From: Octopus sinensis
Taxonomy: Eukaryota
Assembly: GCF_006345805.1 (NCBI RefSeq)
Contig: NC_043007.1
Coordinates: 21,204,001 to 21,268,000, forward strand
Length of the DNA: 64,000 nucleotides
Direction: 5' to 3'
The position numbers and the translations under genes are program-made. The notes beneath the pieces were generated by a model, which ran no database searches, was not told the DNA's origin, and saw only the letters and a program-made list of their open reading frames with translations. Positions 23,601 through 32,690 of the stretch are shown here, piece after piece. The stretch's first letter is position 1, and each line of letters starts with the position of its first letter.

Positions 23601-26600
23601 TTATTGCTCGCATTTAATGTTTTTTAGCATTTAATATTTTTTAGCGGGTAATAAACTCTACTTTGCTCCGGAGATGTATTTTTTCTGCCTGTTGTCGAGT
23701 TTAAAGTCTCACTTTGCAGTGAGAATTGTGTTTTTTTGAGGAGGCATAGCCCCACCTCAAAAATTAACGTGTGTAATTGCCTTTGTCTTCGGATATACCA
23801 ACGGAGTACCAAGAATATTAACACAAGTGGATTACCAGTGGCCTGGAATACCTTTTTGGCCGGGAAAAAATAAAAAAAAAAAAAAATAACAATTCCTTTG
23901 CCTGGATTTGAACTCTCTTCTGCTATCTTTTATTTAAAAAAAGAAAAAACTTTTTTGAACTGCTGTTTCTAATTTTGTTTCTTCCCTTCTGTTCTGTTTT
24001 TTATTCTCCTTTTCTTGTCTATTTATTTTTATCACGTTGAACTATATTTTGAACTTTTGTTATGGCAAAGGAGTTTACCATATGGGAGTTGACACCTCCG
24101 AAAAGTTATCTGAAGGAGCTGGAAGATAAGACCGTGGTCCTGAGGACTTATTCAAAGTCGCTCAACACCATCACGGTCTTTCCGAAGGCAAAAATAATTG
24201 AAGAGCTGGCAGATTATATGCCAGCCGTGAAATACATTACATGGGGAGCCAAATACGCAACGGTTTGGTTGCTGTTTGACTCCCAAAAGCAGCTTGCAAT
24301 TTCGCAAGAAGGCCCATTGAGGGCAAAGAGATTTTATTTCTCCCTAGTTACAAGGGAGAAAAACTAACAAGACTATGGGTCTGCGGCCTGCCACCCGGCA
24401 TTGAACCCGAGTGGATAGAAGACTCTATCCGCCGGGGTCTGGGTGGTAGTAACGCAAAAATCCTAAATGTTAGGATACAACCTGCGGCTGATTGGGAGGG
24501 GTCAAAGGCTACTTTGACACTATGGACCCAGTCAGCCAAGAGTCTGGTTTTGCCGGACTTTTTGAGGATGGCCGGGTCCAGGTATCCAGTGATGCTTGAG
24601 GGACGCTCCCCCAAGTGTCACCTGTGCCTGGAGCCTGGACATATCAAGAGGAAGTGTCCCGGGGGCCGTGGTGCTGCCCTGGAGCATGAAAAGGAAAAGG
24701 TGCCCACCGCCCCCTCATTGGAGGGGGAGACGGAAGTCGTGGAGGAAGTTGCCTCCACGAAAAGAAAAAGACAGGTGAGCAACAATGGTTGCTCACCAAA
24801 GAACGTACAGACGGAGGAGGAGGATAGTGAACCCCCGCGTCTGACGAAGGTGCCCCCCGGGCTAGCAGCCTCTAAAAAAAAGAGGAAAAAGAGAATAAGA
24901 GGTCGGACTGCTGACGTTTCTGTGTCGCCGACGGAGCCGCGGGTGGGATGTGTGCCACCCGCAGACAGGGCTCCGTCAGTGGGAAGTGTGCCACTGACGG
25001 ATCAGTGTGAGGTCCCTTCCTGTGAAGAGGAGTTGTTTCTCCTCCTTTACCACAAGGGAGGGAAGGTGGAAAAGTTTTTGAATGGCTTGGGTGACCGAGA
25101 ACGCAAGGACACGGTCGGCTCAAGGAGTCCGTCATGGCCTCCGCGGGTAGCTGCGGAGGTAGTAACGGAAAACATTTTGTCAAGGGTCGCAGAGACCTTT
25201 GAGAGGAAACATTTTACTTTTCTCTTTGCAGGCCTCGACTTGTCGTCGCAGAGTTGTCTGCAGGCGGCAAGACAATTTGCTTCGGGGACCTGACGGAGAA
25301 TTTTTGTCAATTCATATACTGCCCTTGTGGCAAAAGAAATGAAAGAAAGAACTTGGTAAGAGGTTTTAGTGCCTCCTTCGTGTAAGAGGTTTGCAACCTC
25401 ATGTCGATTTATTGAAACAAAAGAAAATTGAACTTATTGAAAAAAAGAACAATGTCTTAGAGAAGCGGAAGTCGGCGGGCGCTTTCGTCTTCTCCCATCA
25501 TCATCTTCACTTCATCACCATCATTCATTAATGTCTATTTCCAGCCCGTAGCTACTATCTGTGTACTGCCCTTGTGGCAAATTAAATGAAATAAAGTAGC
25601 TTGCTAACCAACCACATGGTTCCGGGTTCAGTCCCATTGCGTGGCATCTTGGGCAAGTGTCTTCTGCTATAGCCTCGGGCCGACCAAAGCCTTGTGAGTG
25701 GATTTGGTAGACGGAAACTGAAAGAAGCCTGTCACATATATGTATATATATATATATGTATGTGTGTGTGTATATGTTTGTGTGTCTGTCTTTGTCCCCC
25801 TAGCATTGCTTGACAACCGATGCTGGTGTGTTTACGTCCCCGTCACTTAGCGGTTCGGCAAAAGAGACCGATTGAATAAGTACTGGGCTTACAAAGAATA
25901 AGTCCCGGGGTCGATTTGCTCGACTAAAGGCGGTGCTCCAACATGACCGCAGTCAAATGACTGAAACAAGTAAAAGAGTAAAGAGTAAACATGGCTAAAC
26001 ACAATGAGAAAGGCATGAACACCACTAAATGCTATTATTCTTCCTTCATAAATCTTTCACATCATCATCATCATCATCATTTAACATCCATTTTCCATGC
26101 TGACATGGGTTGGATGGTTTGAGTAGAAAAGAACAATTATGGATCAAATATTTTATTCACACTTAAACCTAAGTTCTTTATTCCATGTGGCCACACAGAG
26201 ATTCTTTTGAACTTGTCACCTCTGGGAATAGTAAAAGTATATAGTTGTGACCTAGCATGGTCACATCCAAAAGTGACAGGAATGTATTATCAGGCGTTAG
26301 GAAGGGCATCCAACTGTGGAAAGGGTGTCTAGCCGTAGAATAACATGCCTAAGCTAACATGGGAACTTGACACGGATCCATTATGGCTTGCTGGATCCTG
26401 TCAAACTGTCCATTTTCCATGCGGACATGGGAAATGGATGTTAAATAGTAATGATGATTCTTTTACTGGTTTCAGTCATTTGACTGCGACCATGCTGGAG
26501 CACCACCTTAAGGGGTTTTAGTCGAAGAAATTGCCCCCAGGACTAATTCTTTGTAAGACTAGTACTTATCCTATCGGTCTCTTTTGCTAAACCACTAAAT

Positions 26601-29119
26601 CATGGGGATGTAAACACACCAGCATCGGTTGTCAAGCGATGGTGTTGGGGAGGGAGGGGGACAAACACACACACATTTTTATTCTCTCTGTTTATTTCCT
26701 CATGTTCCTTTCTGTTGAAGAGCGTAGGTTCGAAACGTAAAAAACCCTCAACTTCCCAAGTGTTAAACTAATACACCAGTTTGTTGTTTACACACCCGTC
26801 TTCGTCTTTTGTTTTTCTGTAAATTTCAACTATATATATATATATTACTAGCAGTATCGCCCGGCATTGTTCGGGTTTGTTTCGACCCTTTAGAATTGGA
26901 ATTTTTGCATTATGTAGCTTGTTATTCTCTTTAAGTGAACATTTTTCTGGTTGAAATACAGTAAAAAATGGCGACACAGCAGTCAAAAAATCGTAAAAAA
27001 TAGGGATTTTCATAGAAAAAAAGCACCTTTTTAATGTAAATAATTTTTGGTGTTAACATGGTCCGATTTGAATTCTATCTTCTACGGAAAGAAGAGCAAG
27101 CCTTCTTCTATCATACTCTCAATTTTGGTCAACTTGCGCCACAGGGTCTCGGAGGAGATAGTGTTAGTTGAAGGCTACCAAACCTGCCATACACAGACAA
27201 CTTCAGCTTTATATATATACGACAGGCTTCTTTCAGTTTCCATCTACCAAATCCACTCACAAGGCTTTGGTCGGCCTAAGGCTATAGTAGAAGACACTTG
27301 CTCAAGGTACCACGCAGTGGGACTGAACCCGGGAACCGTGTGGTTGGGAAACAAGCTCCTTACCACACATATTTCTAGTTTTCTTTTCTTTCTTAGTGAG
27401 CGACGCTAGAAACTGCTACTTTCATTTTGTCATTATTATTTGGTGGCCAGCAAAGATGGGGGGGAGGAGGAGTTGCAATTAACATTCGGTTTTGTGTGTG
27501 TTTAGTTCAATTTTCTATTTCGTCCAACATTTTGCTCATTCAGGCGAATAAACGTATTCAATATTTAACAAACTTTTATAATTTCCCCAAATATAGGGAT
27601 CAGGGAGACGAACTTTTGAATAAATATATGTTTCTCTGTATGGAGACGCCGTGGCTTCATTACTCTTATATAACAATGCTTTTACAAGTATTTTCTGACA
27701 TTCTATTCATCTGAAAATATCTTCCTTTTGTGTTTCTATTCTTCCTTCTGTCTTTCCTCCAAACTTTGGCTTTTTCTTCCGTTTTATATTCCTTCTCATT
27801 CGTCTCTCTCTTCCTCTAATTTCTTACTGGAGTCATTAAAAAAAAAAAAAAAATCTATGTAGTTTATCATTTAATTCGCTTGAAAACGGTTTAGATATTG
27901 AATAGATTATTCTGCTTCTCCATAGTTCATACCCAATGATTTAAAGAGAAAATCGAACTTTATTCAACAATGTACGCGGAAGAGATAGAGAGAGCAGCAA
28001 CGTATGTTAATTGCAATTGCAAACCTACGTGTATATATATATATAAAATCATATTCCAGGATCGATCGGCGAGGATTGTTGAAATGAAAAGTTCAAGCTG
28101 GTCTCGGAATATATCACACACACACACACAGACAGACACACACTCAAGACAGGGAAGCATTATAATATTTAACAATGACTAAAAGATGCTACCTTTCATA
28201 AAGAACAGGCAAAATACACTTCTGTATTAAAAATAAACAGACATAAAATGAGCCTGGGCGAAAGAAATGTAAGTGTAGTAGGATGTCTAAAAAATATGGA
28301 ATCATTGTTGAAAGAGGGATAAAGAAAAACGGAATGTATACAGCGGCCAAAGAATTAAGGTGACAAACTGAACACACACACACACACAATTATATATATA
28401 TATAAGGATAAGATCGTTAATTTGGCCGGCATGGGAATAAAAACCTTCAAAGGTAATAATTATTATTAAAATTATAATCTAGGGCATCTAAGAGATACCG
28501 CCACGCTGGAAATAGCAGCCAAAACCTGACTCTAAAACCACATTTAATGTGGTTTTAGAGTCAGGTTATGGCTGCTATTTCCAGCATGGCGATATCTCTT
28601 AGATACCCTAAATTATAATCTTATATATATATATAACAATACTGAATCCTTTTATTACTTTAGATAGATAAGAATAAATACGATAAAAAAATTCGACGTA
28701 AAAGAAAATGTAGGAAAAAAGATTTTAGGAAATTAGAATTGTTGATTGTCAGAAGGAAGAAGCACAATGGGTTGAGAAAGAACCACATTTCTTTTCTTCT
28801 AACACTTATCACTTTCAAAGTATCATCGTTCGTAGATGAGGTAAAGAATAGAGAGAAATCTTGTTCTTGGGGTAAATATCAGAAAAACTGGGGAAAGCGA
28901 ACGAGAATCTTTTTGATATTCCAACTTCAACTGAAAGTTAGCGGAGATAAGACATAATATCTGCAGAAATTGGGAATAATTATTGGTTTGGAGAAGCATG
29001 AATGGTCATATATGAGCTTCTGCTGTTTCATTGTCTTTGAGCAACTTTCAAGTTTTTAAGCGCAATTTTTACAGAATTTACATAATTTCAGGAAAACCAC
29101 CTAAAAGTACTCATTAATT

Positions 29120-29161
<42 letters not shown>

Positions 29162-30275
29162 AGATAAGAAAATGGAGAAATACATCTAAATCAAATATCA
29201 ATTACCAGATAATACTCAATCACATACTTTATTAAACCACCACATAAGAGACTGTAGGGTTAAACATAAAAAAAGCAGAACAAATCAGTGTACATAAAGG
29301 AATGTACATAAAAGAGTAATGTTGTATAATAAGTAGAATATATATAAAAAAAAAGAGAATATAAATATAAGTAAATATAACCCCTATCTCAATTTATATA
29401 TATATATATAGTTTCTTTTGAATCTTTGAATTTCTAGACACTGGTAAGAGAAGAGATACCACCTGAAAAACGAAATCAGTTGAACAAGCACTTTCTATGA
29501 TGGCTGATGTGTTTTCACTCAAAATAATCAACCCATTATGAAAGTAGCAATGATTTTTTATTAACAAACGGAAAGGAAGGTGATGTTAACTCTAGCAATT
29601 AAACTCCAAAATGCAAGAGAGCAAACTGATTACTCTAATTACTCCATCTAATCCGGCATTCTGCTGTCATTTACAGCCTCTAGTGCTCTCGGAGAATAAT
29701 AATTTCTTTAATTAACAAAGAATATCCGAATATGAACTCAGGTAACACAATGCGCGCATGTATATTTCCCCCGCTTCCCAACAAATAAATAGATGTATTA
29801 TCATTTCATGTATACACTGCGTCGAGTTATTTTAAAATTTCGGTTTCGGTTTAAAATCGAATCGTCAGTGCAAAGAACCCATTTTATGGAGAATTCAAGT
29901 GTAGTTTTGCAAAGATATATTCAATTATTTTATGGCAATGCAACTCAATTAAGACTATGTTGCGCGAGAACAGAAAAAAAAACAGTATCTAGGAAGCCTG
30001 TTGTTTATTGTATAACTAATCAATAAATTATTAGTTAAATCGCGATCGCCGTTAAATGTTTAAAATGAAACAGGTTTAAAACTATAAGTTATATATAAAT
30101 CCGAAAATTTTACGAAGAAGTAAATATATATGTATATATATATGTGTGTGTGTGTATATATATATGTGTGTGTATATATATATATGTGTGTGTATATATA
30201 TATATATGTGTGGTGTATATATATATATGTGTATATATATATGTGTATATATATATATGTGTATATAATATATAT

Positions 30276-30309
<34 letters not shown>

Positions 30310-30890
30310 ATATATATATATATGTGTGTATATATATATGTGTGTGTATATATATGTGTGTGGTATATATATATATATATATATGTGTGTATATATATAT
30401 ATGTGTATTATATATATATATGTGTGTGTATATATATATATATATAAATTAGAGATAAAACCACTATTATGCAACTCAAACAGTGCTAGACAAACCAATA
30501 CATAAATAACCAATATATATATATAATTAAAAAAATATATATATATATAACTTATAACTAGATCTCAAAAAGTATAAAATGAATGATAAATATATAATAT
30601 AATATATATATATATATTGGCGCATAACAAATAAGTAGGAAGAAATAAATAAGTGATAACAGTTTATGTTAAACAGCCATCACAGCTAAGTGTAAACATT
30701 TTAATTACGGGAAGCATGAAGAAATGTATGTTTCATTATTAGCCACACAGGGCTGTACACAGACGGGACAGATTACAAAGGAGGGCTTTTCTTTTGGGGG
30801 AAGAAAAAACAAAGTGGGGTAGGTTTTCCATCAAAAGGGATCGTAAAAGGGGACGAAAAGAAAGAAAGAAAAAACGAAGATAAAAGTATG

Positions 30891-30927
<37 letters not shown>

Positions 30928-30967
30928 ATATATATATATATAATCATACTTTTATCTTCGTTTTTTT

Positions 30968-31001
<34 letters not shown>

Positions 31002-31376
31002 ATTAATTAAGGGTAGAAATTGATATTAGGCAATTAAAACCAGTGGTCTAGCATATTAAAAGGAATCCGAAGATTAAAATATTTATATATACCAGTCCTT
31101 AATTGGTATATATATATATATATATATATAATATTAGGGAGTATATATAAACTTGCAGGGAAAAATTAGATTTAGGATTAAATCAAATTTCACAGTGTAA
31201 ATATAAATTAAATTAATTATATTTATTTTTTTGTTTTTTTATGTTTTGGTTTATGTCTATCATTGTTTGAGTTGCCTAATAGTGGTTTTATCTCTAATTT
31301 AATTTAATTAATATATATATATATTTCTGTTTTTGTTTTCCAGTTTCAGCTCTTGAGCTGTGGCCATGCTGGGGCA

Positions 31377-31419
<43 letters not shown>

Positions 31420-31787
31420 AAGTAAGATAGGGGTTATGAATGTAACCCACTATGGGATATCAGTTATCCAATATACTGCAGGTAAAGTACCCAAACACTG
31501 AATACATAAATGCTTTTAATTGCAATTAATTCATTTATTGTATTAAATGGGTGAAGGTAAAGAAATATATTTAATGTGTATGTGTCTTAATGAAATGAAA
31601 ACAAGTGCTAGGCATGTGAAATATATGTCAGAGCCATACAAATAAATCCGTTTTATAAAGAATAAAAGGAAAAAACCAAACATTCGGATAGAAAGATGGA
31701 ATGTCACAAAAATTGAGTTCTTCCTTATTGTTTGGCTGAGAGAATTGTGTCAGAATACATTTTAAAAATATTAATAGTACTTACCAT
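127..31787 (-). CDS. CABIN1: Calcineurin-binding protein cabin-1, 5' part (21 coding exons, about 683 aa; continues off the left edge)
   Basis: Spliced translation M-IRISALND...[17 protein letters not shown]...[15 protein letters not shown]...WYKIG...[14 protein letters not shown]...[12 protein letters not shown]...MGLRIDL...KRRSARVRNT...KFLPS...ENGGIIDLM...ELKLDQWL...FWLKARF matches the CABIN1 N-terminal TPR region as I recall it. All introns are GT-AG and phases are consistent (2050 nt in total). Confidence 0.96.
355..685 (+). mobile_element. tRNA-derived SINE family D
   Basis: Head ggctcagtggttagagcg...gagttcaattctc. A second copy (minus) is split into 39603-39830 and 40909-41010. Confidence 0.8.
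1473..1543 (-). CDS. CABIN1: CABIN1 exon 20 [24 protein letters not shown]
   Basis: 71 nt, 1-0. Confidence 0.94.
1700..1905. repeat. 26-bp minisatellite, about 8 copies
   Basis: Unit gagaggggcacttgtgctggtgccat. Confidence 0.9.
2792..2934 (-). CDS. CABIN1: CABIN1 exon 19 NMQHHF...[11 protein letters not shown]...FWVEYSIR
   Basis: 143 nt, 2-1. Confidence 0.92.
3015..3390 (+). mobile_element. tRNA-derived SINE family A (internal TA/TG microsatellite, (AAGAGT)n tail), representative copy
   Basis: A/B-box-like head, CORE-like 'ccttgggcaagtg'. Other copies at approx. 735-1140(+), 14495-14790(-), 16380-16830, 17985-18245(-), 18660-18840(-), 23455-23480+25594-25988(+), 26460-27370(-), 35620-36010(-), 37055-37450(-), 38210-38770(-), 44770-45160(-), 47030-47670, 50190-50830, 51700-51810(-), 52395-52925, 58156-58565(+). 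Confidence 0.9.
5146..5854. repeat. Direct-inverted-direct local triplication
   Basis: 5146-5395 = 5604-5854; 5229-5409 is the reverse complement of 5425-5606. Confidence 0.95.
5915..6000 (-). CDS. CABIN1: CABIN1 exon 18 [17 protein letters not shown]...NSSN
   Basis: 86 nt, 0-2. Confidence 0.93.
6989..7028 (-). CDS. CABIN1: CABIN1 exon 17 [14 protein letters not shown]
   Basis: 40 nt, 2-0, gtaagt donor. Confidence 0.85.
7470..7825 (-). mobile_element. CR1-clade LINE 3' end, second family, (GAATT)n tail
   Basis: Reads LRGHSAKLY...[18 protein letters not shown]...FKVSLD on the minus strand. Confidence 0.8.
8186..8263 (-). CDS. CABIN1: CABIN1 exon 16 [25 protein letters not shown]
   Basis: 78 nt, 2-2. 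Confidence 0.9.
8416..8630. mobile_element. Tc1/mariner (Tigger-like) MITE remnant
   Basis: Inverted termini tatttgatggcataa(a)aga..cac at about 8421 and 8605-8628. Confidence 0.6.
9431..9640. mobile_element. TTAA-flanked piggyBac-type MITE
   Basis: TTAA|CCCTTT...AAAGGG|TTAA. The adjacent copy 8971-9382 has an internal duplication of about 185 bp. Confidence 0.85.
10116..10266 (-). CDS. CABIN1: CABIN1 exon 15 [17 protein letters not shown]...ENGGIIDLM...HLKW
   Basis: 151 nt, 1-2. Confidence 0.94.
10967..11034 (-). CDS. CABIN1: CABIN1 exon 14 [22 protein letters not shown]
   Basis: 68 nt, 2-1. Confidence 0.88.
11165..11247 (-). CDS. CABIN1: CABIN1 exon 13 [27 protein letters not shown]
   Basis: 83 nt, 0-2. 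Confidence 0.93.
11353..11468 (-). CDS. CABIN1: CABIN1 exon 12 [12 protein letters not shown]...ACKRRSAR
   Basis: 116 nt, 1-0, KRRSAR motif. Confidence 0.92.
11527..11946 (-). mobile_element. Solo-LTR-like segment
   Basis: TGTCATG...CATAAC ends, TATTTAAA box, GC-richer than flanks; no clean TSD. Confidence 0.35.
11968..12277 (-). mobile_element. CR1 LINE 3' end, same family as 39830-40908
   Basis: [18 protein letters not shown]; near-identical 3'UTR and tail. Confidence 0.9.
12508..12760 (-). CDS. CABIN1: CABIN1 exon 11 [11 protein letters not shown]...SPNPSGAN
   Basis: 253 nt, 0-1. Start is conserved; the low-complexity 3' end and its donor (gtaaga) are less certain. Confidence 0.85.
13070..13505. 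mobile_element. Interspersed repeat family E (SINE-like)
   Basis: Reverse-complement homologue at about 44260-44510. Confidence 0.6.
14147..14213 (-). CDS. CABIN1: CABIN1 exon 10 [23 protein letters not shown]
   Basis: 67 nt, 2-0. Confidence 0.93.
15537..15637 (-). CDS. CABIN1: CABIN1 exon 9 [33 protein letters not shown]
   Basis: 101 nt, 0-2. Confidence 0.92.
16992..17040 (-). CDS. CABIN1: CABIN1 exon 8 [16 protein letters not shown]
   Basis: 49 nt, 2-0. Confidence 0.88.
17080..17124 (+). repeat. Degenerate (TTAGGG)n tract
   Basis: gggttagggtgagggttttagggttagggtgttagggttagggttt. Confidence 0.85.
17218..17347 (-). CDS. CABIN1: CABIN1 exon 7 [16 protein letters not shown]...MFFANC
   Basis: 130 nt, 1-2. 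Confidence 0.95.
18343..18421 (-). CDS. CABIN1: CABIN1 exon 6 [26 protein letters not shown]
   Basis: 79 nt, 0-1. Confidence 0.95.
19212..19313 (-). CDS. CABIN1: CABIN1 exon 5 [16 protein letters not shown]...YSFQQ
   Basis: 102 nt, 0-0. Confidence 0.95.
20821..20958 (-). CDS. CABIN1: CABIN1 exon 4 [30 protein letters not shown]...YFLK
   Basis: 138 nt, 0-0. Confidence 0.95.
21743..21856 (-). CDS. CABIN1: CABIN1 exon 3 [15 protein letters not shown]...EQDFLLE
   Basis: 114 nt, 0-0, tag/gtatgg. Confidence 0.93.
23260..23346 (-). CDS. CABIN1: CABIN1 exon 2 [29 protein letters not shown]
   Basis: ag|ATT...CAG|gtaagt, 87 nt, phase 0-0. Confidence 0.93.
23481..25593 (+). mobile_element. ORF1-only non-LTR retroelement (HAL1-like, Tx1/L1 type)
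   Basis: 8-bp TSD AAGTAGCT (23473-23480 and 25594-25601), about 580-nt 5'UTR, gag-like ORF with a CCHC knuckle, no ORF2, A-rich 3' end. It splits a SINE. Confidence 0.85.
24062..25293 (+). pseudogene. Retroelement ORF1p (RRM-like region + CX2CX4HX4C knuckle + basic/Pro-rich tail) with one frameshift near 24340
   Basis: ORF 24062-24367 continues in the -1 frame as [24 protein letters not shown]...[23 protein letters not shown]; about 410 aa when repaired. Confidence 0.85.
26709..26742 (+). ncRNA. Minimal hammerhead-ribozyme-like motif in a Penelope-like terminus
   Basis: ttt-CTGTTGA-a-GAGC gtag GTTC-GAAAC-GTA-aaa. Confidence 0.5.
26847..27219 (-). mobile_element. Non-autonomous Helitron-like element
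   Basis: On the minus strand it ends with a GC-rich hairpin + CTAGT and begins in TATATAAAG. The 5' part recurs at about 58950-59195(+). Confidence 0.7.
31785..31787 (-). CDS. CABIN1: CABIN1 coding exon 1 (ATG only, at the end of a 5'UTR exon)
   Basis: AAAATG|gtaagt is a phase-0 donor that supplies the Met missing from exon 2. It was the best such site I found upstream. Confidence 0.7.
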
Positions 31788-32000
31788 TTTGCAATAGGAT
31801 AGCGCCTTTTCTCACGCAGGTGCAACATACCTAGGAGGAATGCATGATGGTTTTTGAGATGATTTTTACAAAGATGAAAAGGTAAATGCAACTGAAAGCT
31901 ATCCAAGAACCGCCATGCGCCCATCAGGGCGCCACCATAACGTTCTTTGGTATTGTGGACAGCATTTTCAGTTTCGTAAAAATGCAGTTGGTTAATTAAT
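31788..32000 (-). promoter_or_regulatory. Putative CABIN1 5'UTR/core promoter
   Basis: Locally GC/CpG-rich patch just upstream of the ATG exon. It has a YY1-like GCATGGCGG (about 31909-31918, minus) and a GGCGCCCTGATGGGCG element. Confidence 0.5.
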
Positions 32001-32179
32001 GGAATATTTAGGTACTGTTGGTATTAAAACGATAGAATTCCTTCGTAAATAAATTTAAGAACTATTGTTGATTTATTTAAATGTTGTTTATGAAAATAGA
32101 TACGTAACATTTTGTGATTGTTTAAAAAATCTGCGCTTAAAGCTGTCAGCTGAATTGACAATCTTAATTGCGTTATTTA

Positions 32180-32690
32180 GGCGGCGAGCTGGCAGAATCG
32201 GTAGCACGCTGGGCGAAATGCTGAGCGGTATTTCGGCTGCCGCTACGTTGTGAGTTCAAATTCCGCCGAGGTCGACTTTGCCTTTCATCCTTTCGGGGTC
32301 GATTAAATAAGTACCAGTTACGCACTAGGGTCGATATAATTGACTTAATCCCTTCGTCTGTCCTAGTTTGTCCTCTCTGTGGGTAATAAAGAAATAGGTA
32401 TTTCGTCTGCCGTTACGTTCTGAGTTCAAATTCCGCCGAGGTCGACTCTGCCTTTCATCCTTTCGGGGTCGATAAATTAAGTACCAGTTACGCACTGGGG
32501 TCGATGTAATCGACTTAGTTCGTTTGTCTGTCCTTGTTTGTTCCCTCTGTGTTTAGTTCCTTGTGGGTAGTAAAGAAATAGGTATTTCGACCGTTCTTAG
32601 TTCAAATTCCGCCCATGTTGACTTTGCCTTTAATCCTGAGATTGATGTAATCAACTAGCCATGCTTCCACAACATTTTGGGCTTTGTGCT
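32180..32690 (+). mobile_element. tRNA-derived SINE family B (Nin/Deu-type central domain), head-to-tail array
   Basis: Carries 'gactttgcctttcatcctttcggggtcgataaattaagtaccag'. Other copies at approx. 2148-2550(+, dimer), 8790-8945(-), 12880-13030(-), 18925-19145(-), 22110-22510(-, dimer), 34315-34470, 38868-39325(+, two), 46500-46945, 52210-52380. Confidence 0.85.

Noticed and set aside
27640-27830. Possible terminal exon KKLEEERDE* on the minus strand
   Set aside because: I found no compatible upstream exons; purine-rich low-complexity sequence.
27970-28090. Plus-strand [11 protein letters not shown]|gtatgt start exon
   Set aside because: The nearest acceptor gives a 57-nt intron and an early stop; unsupported.
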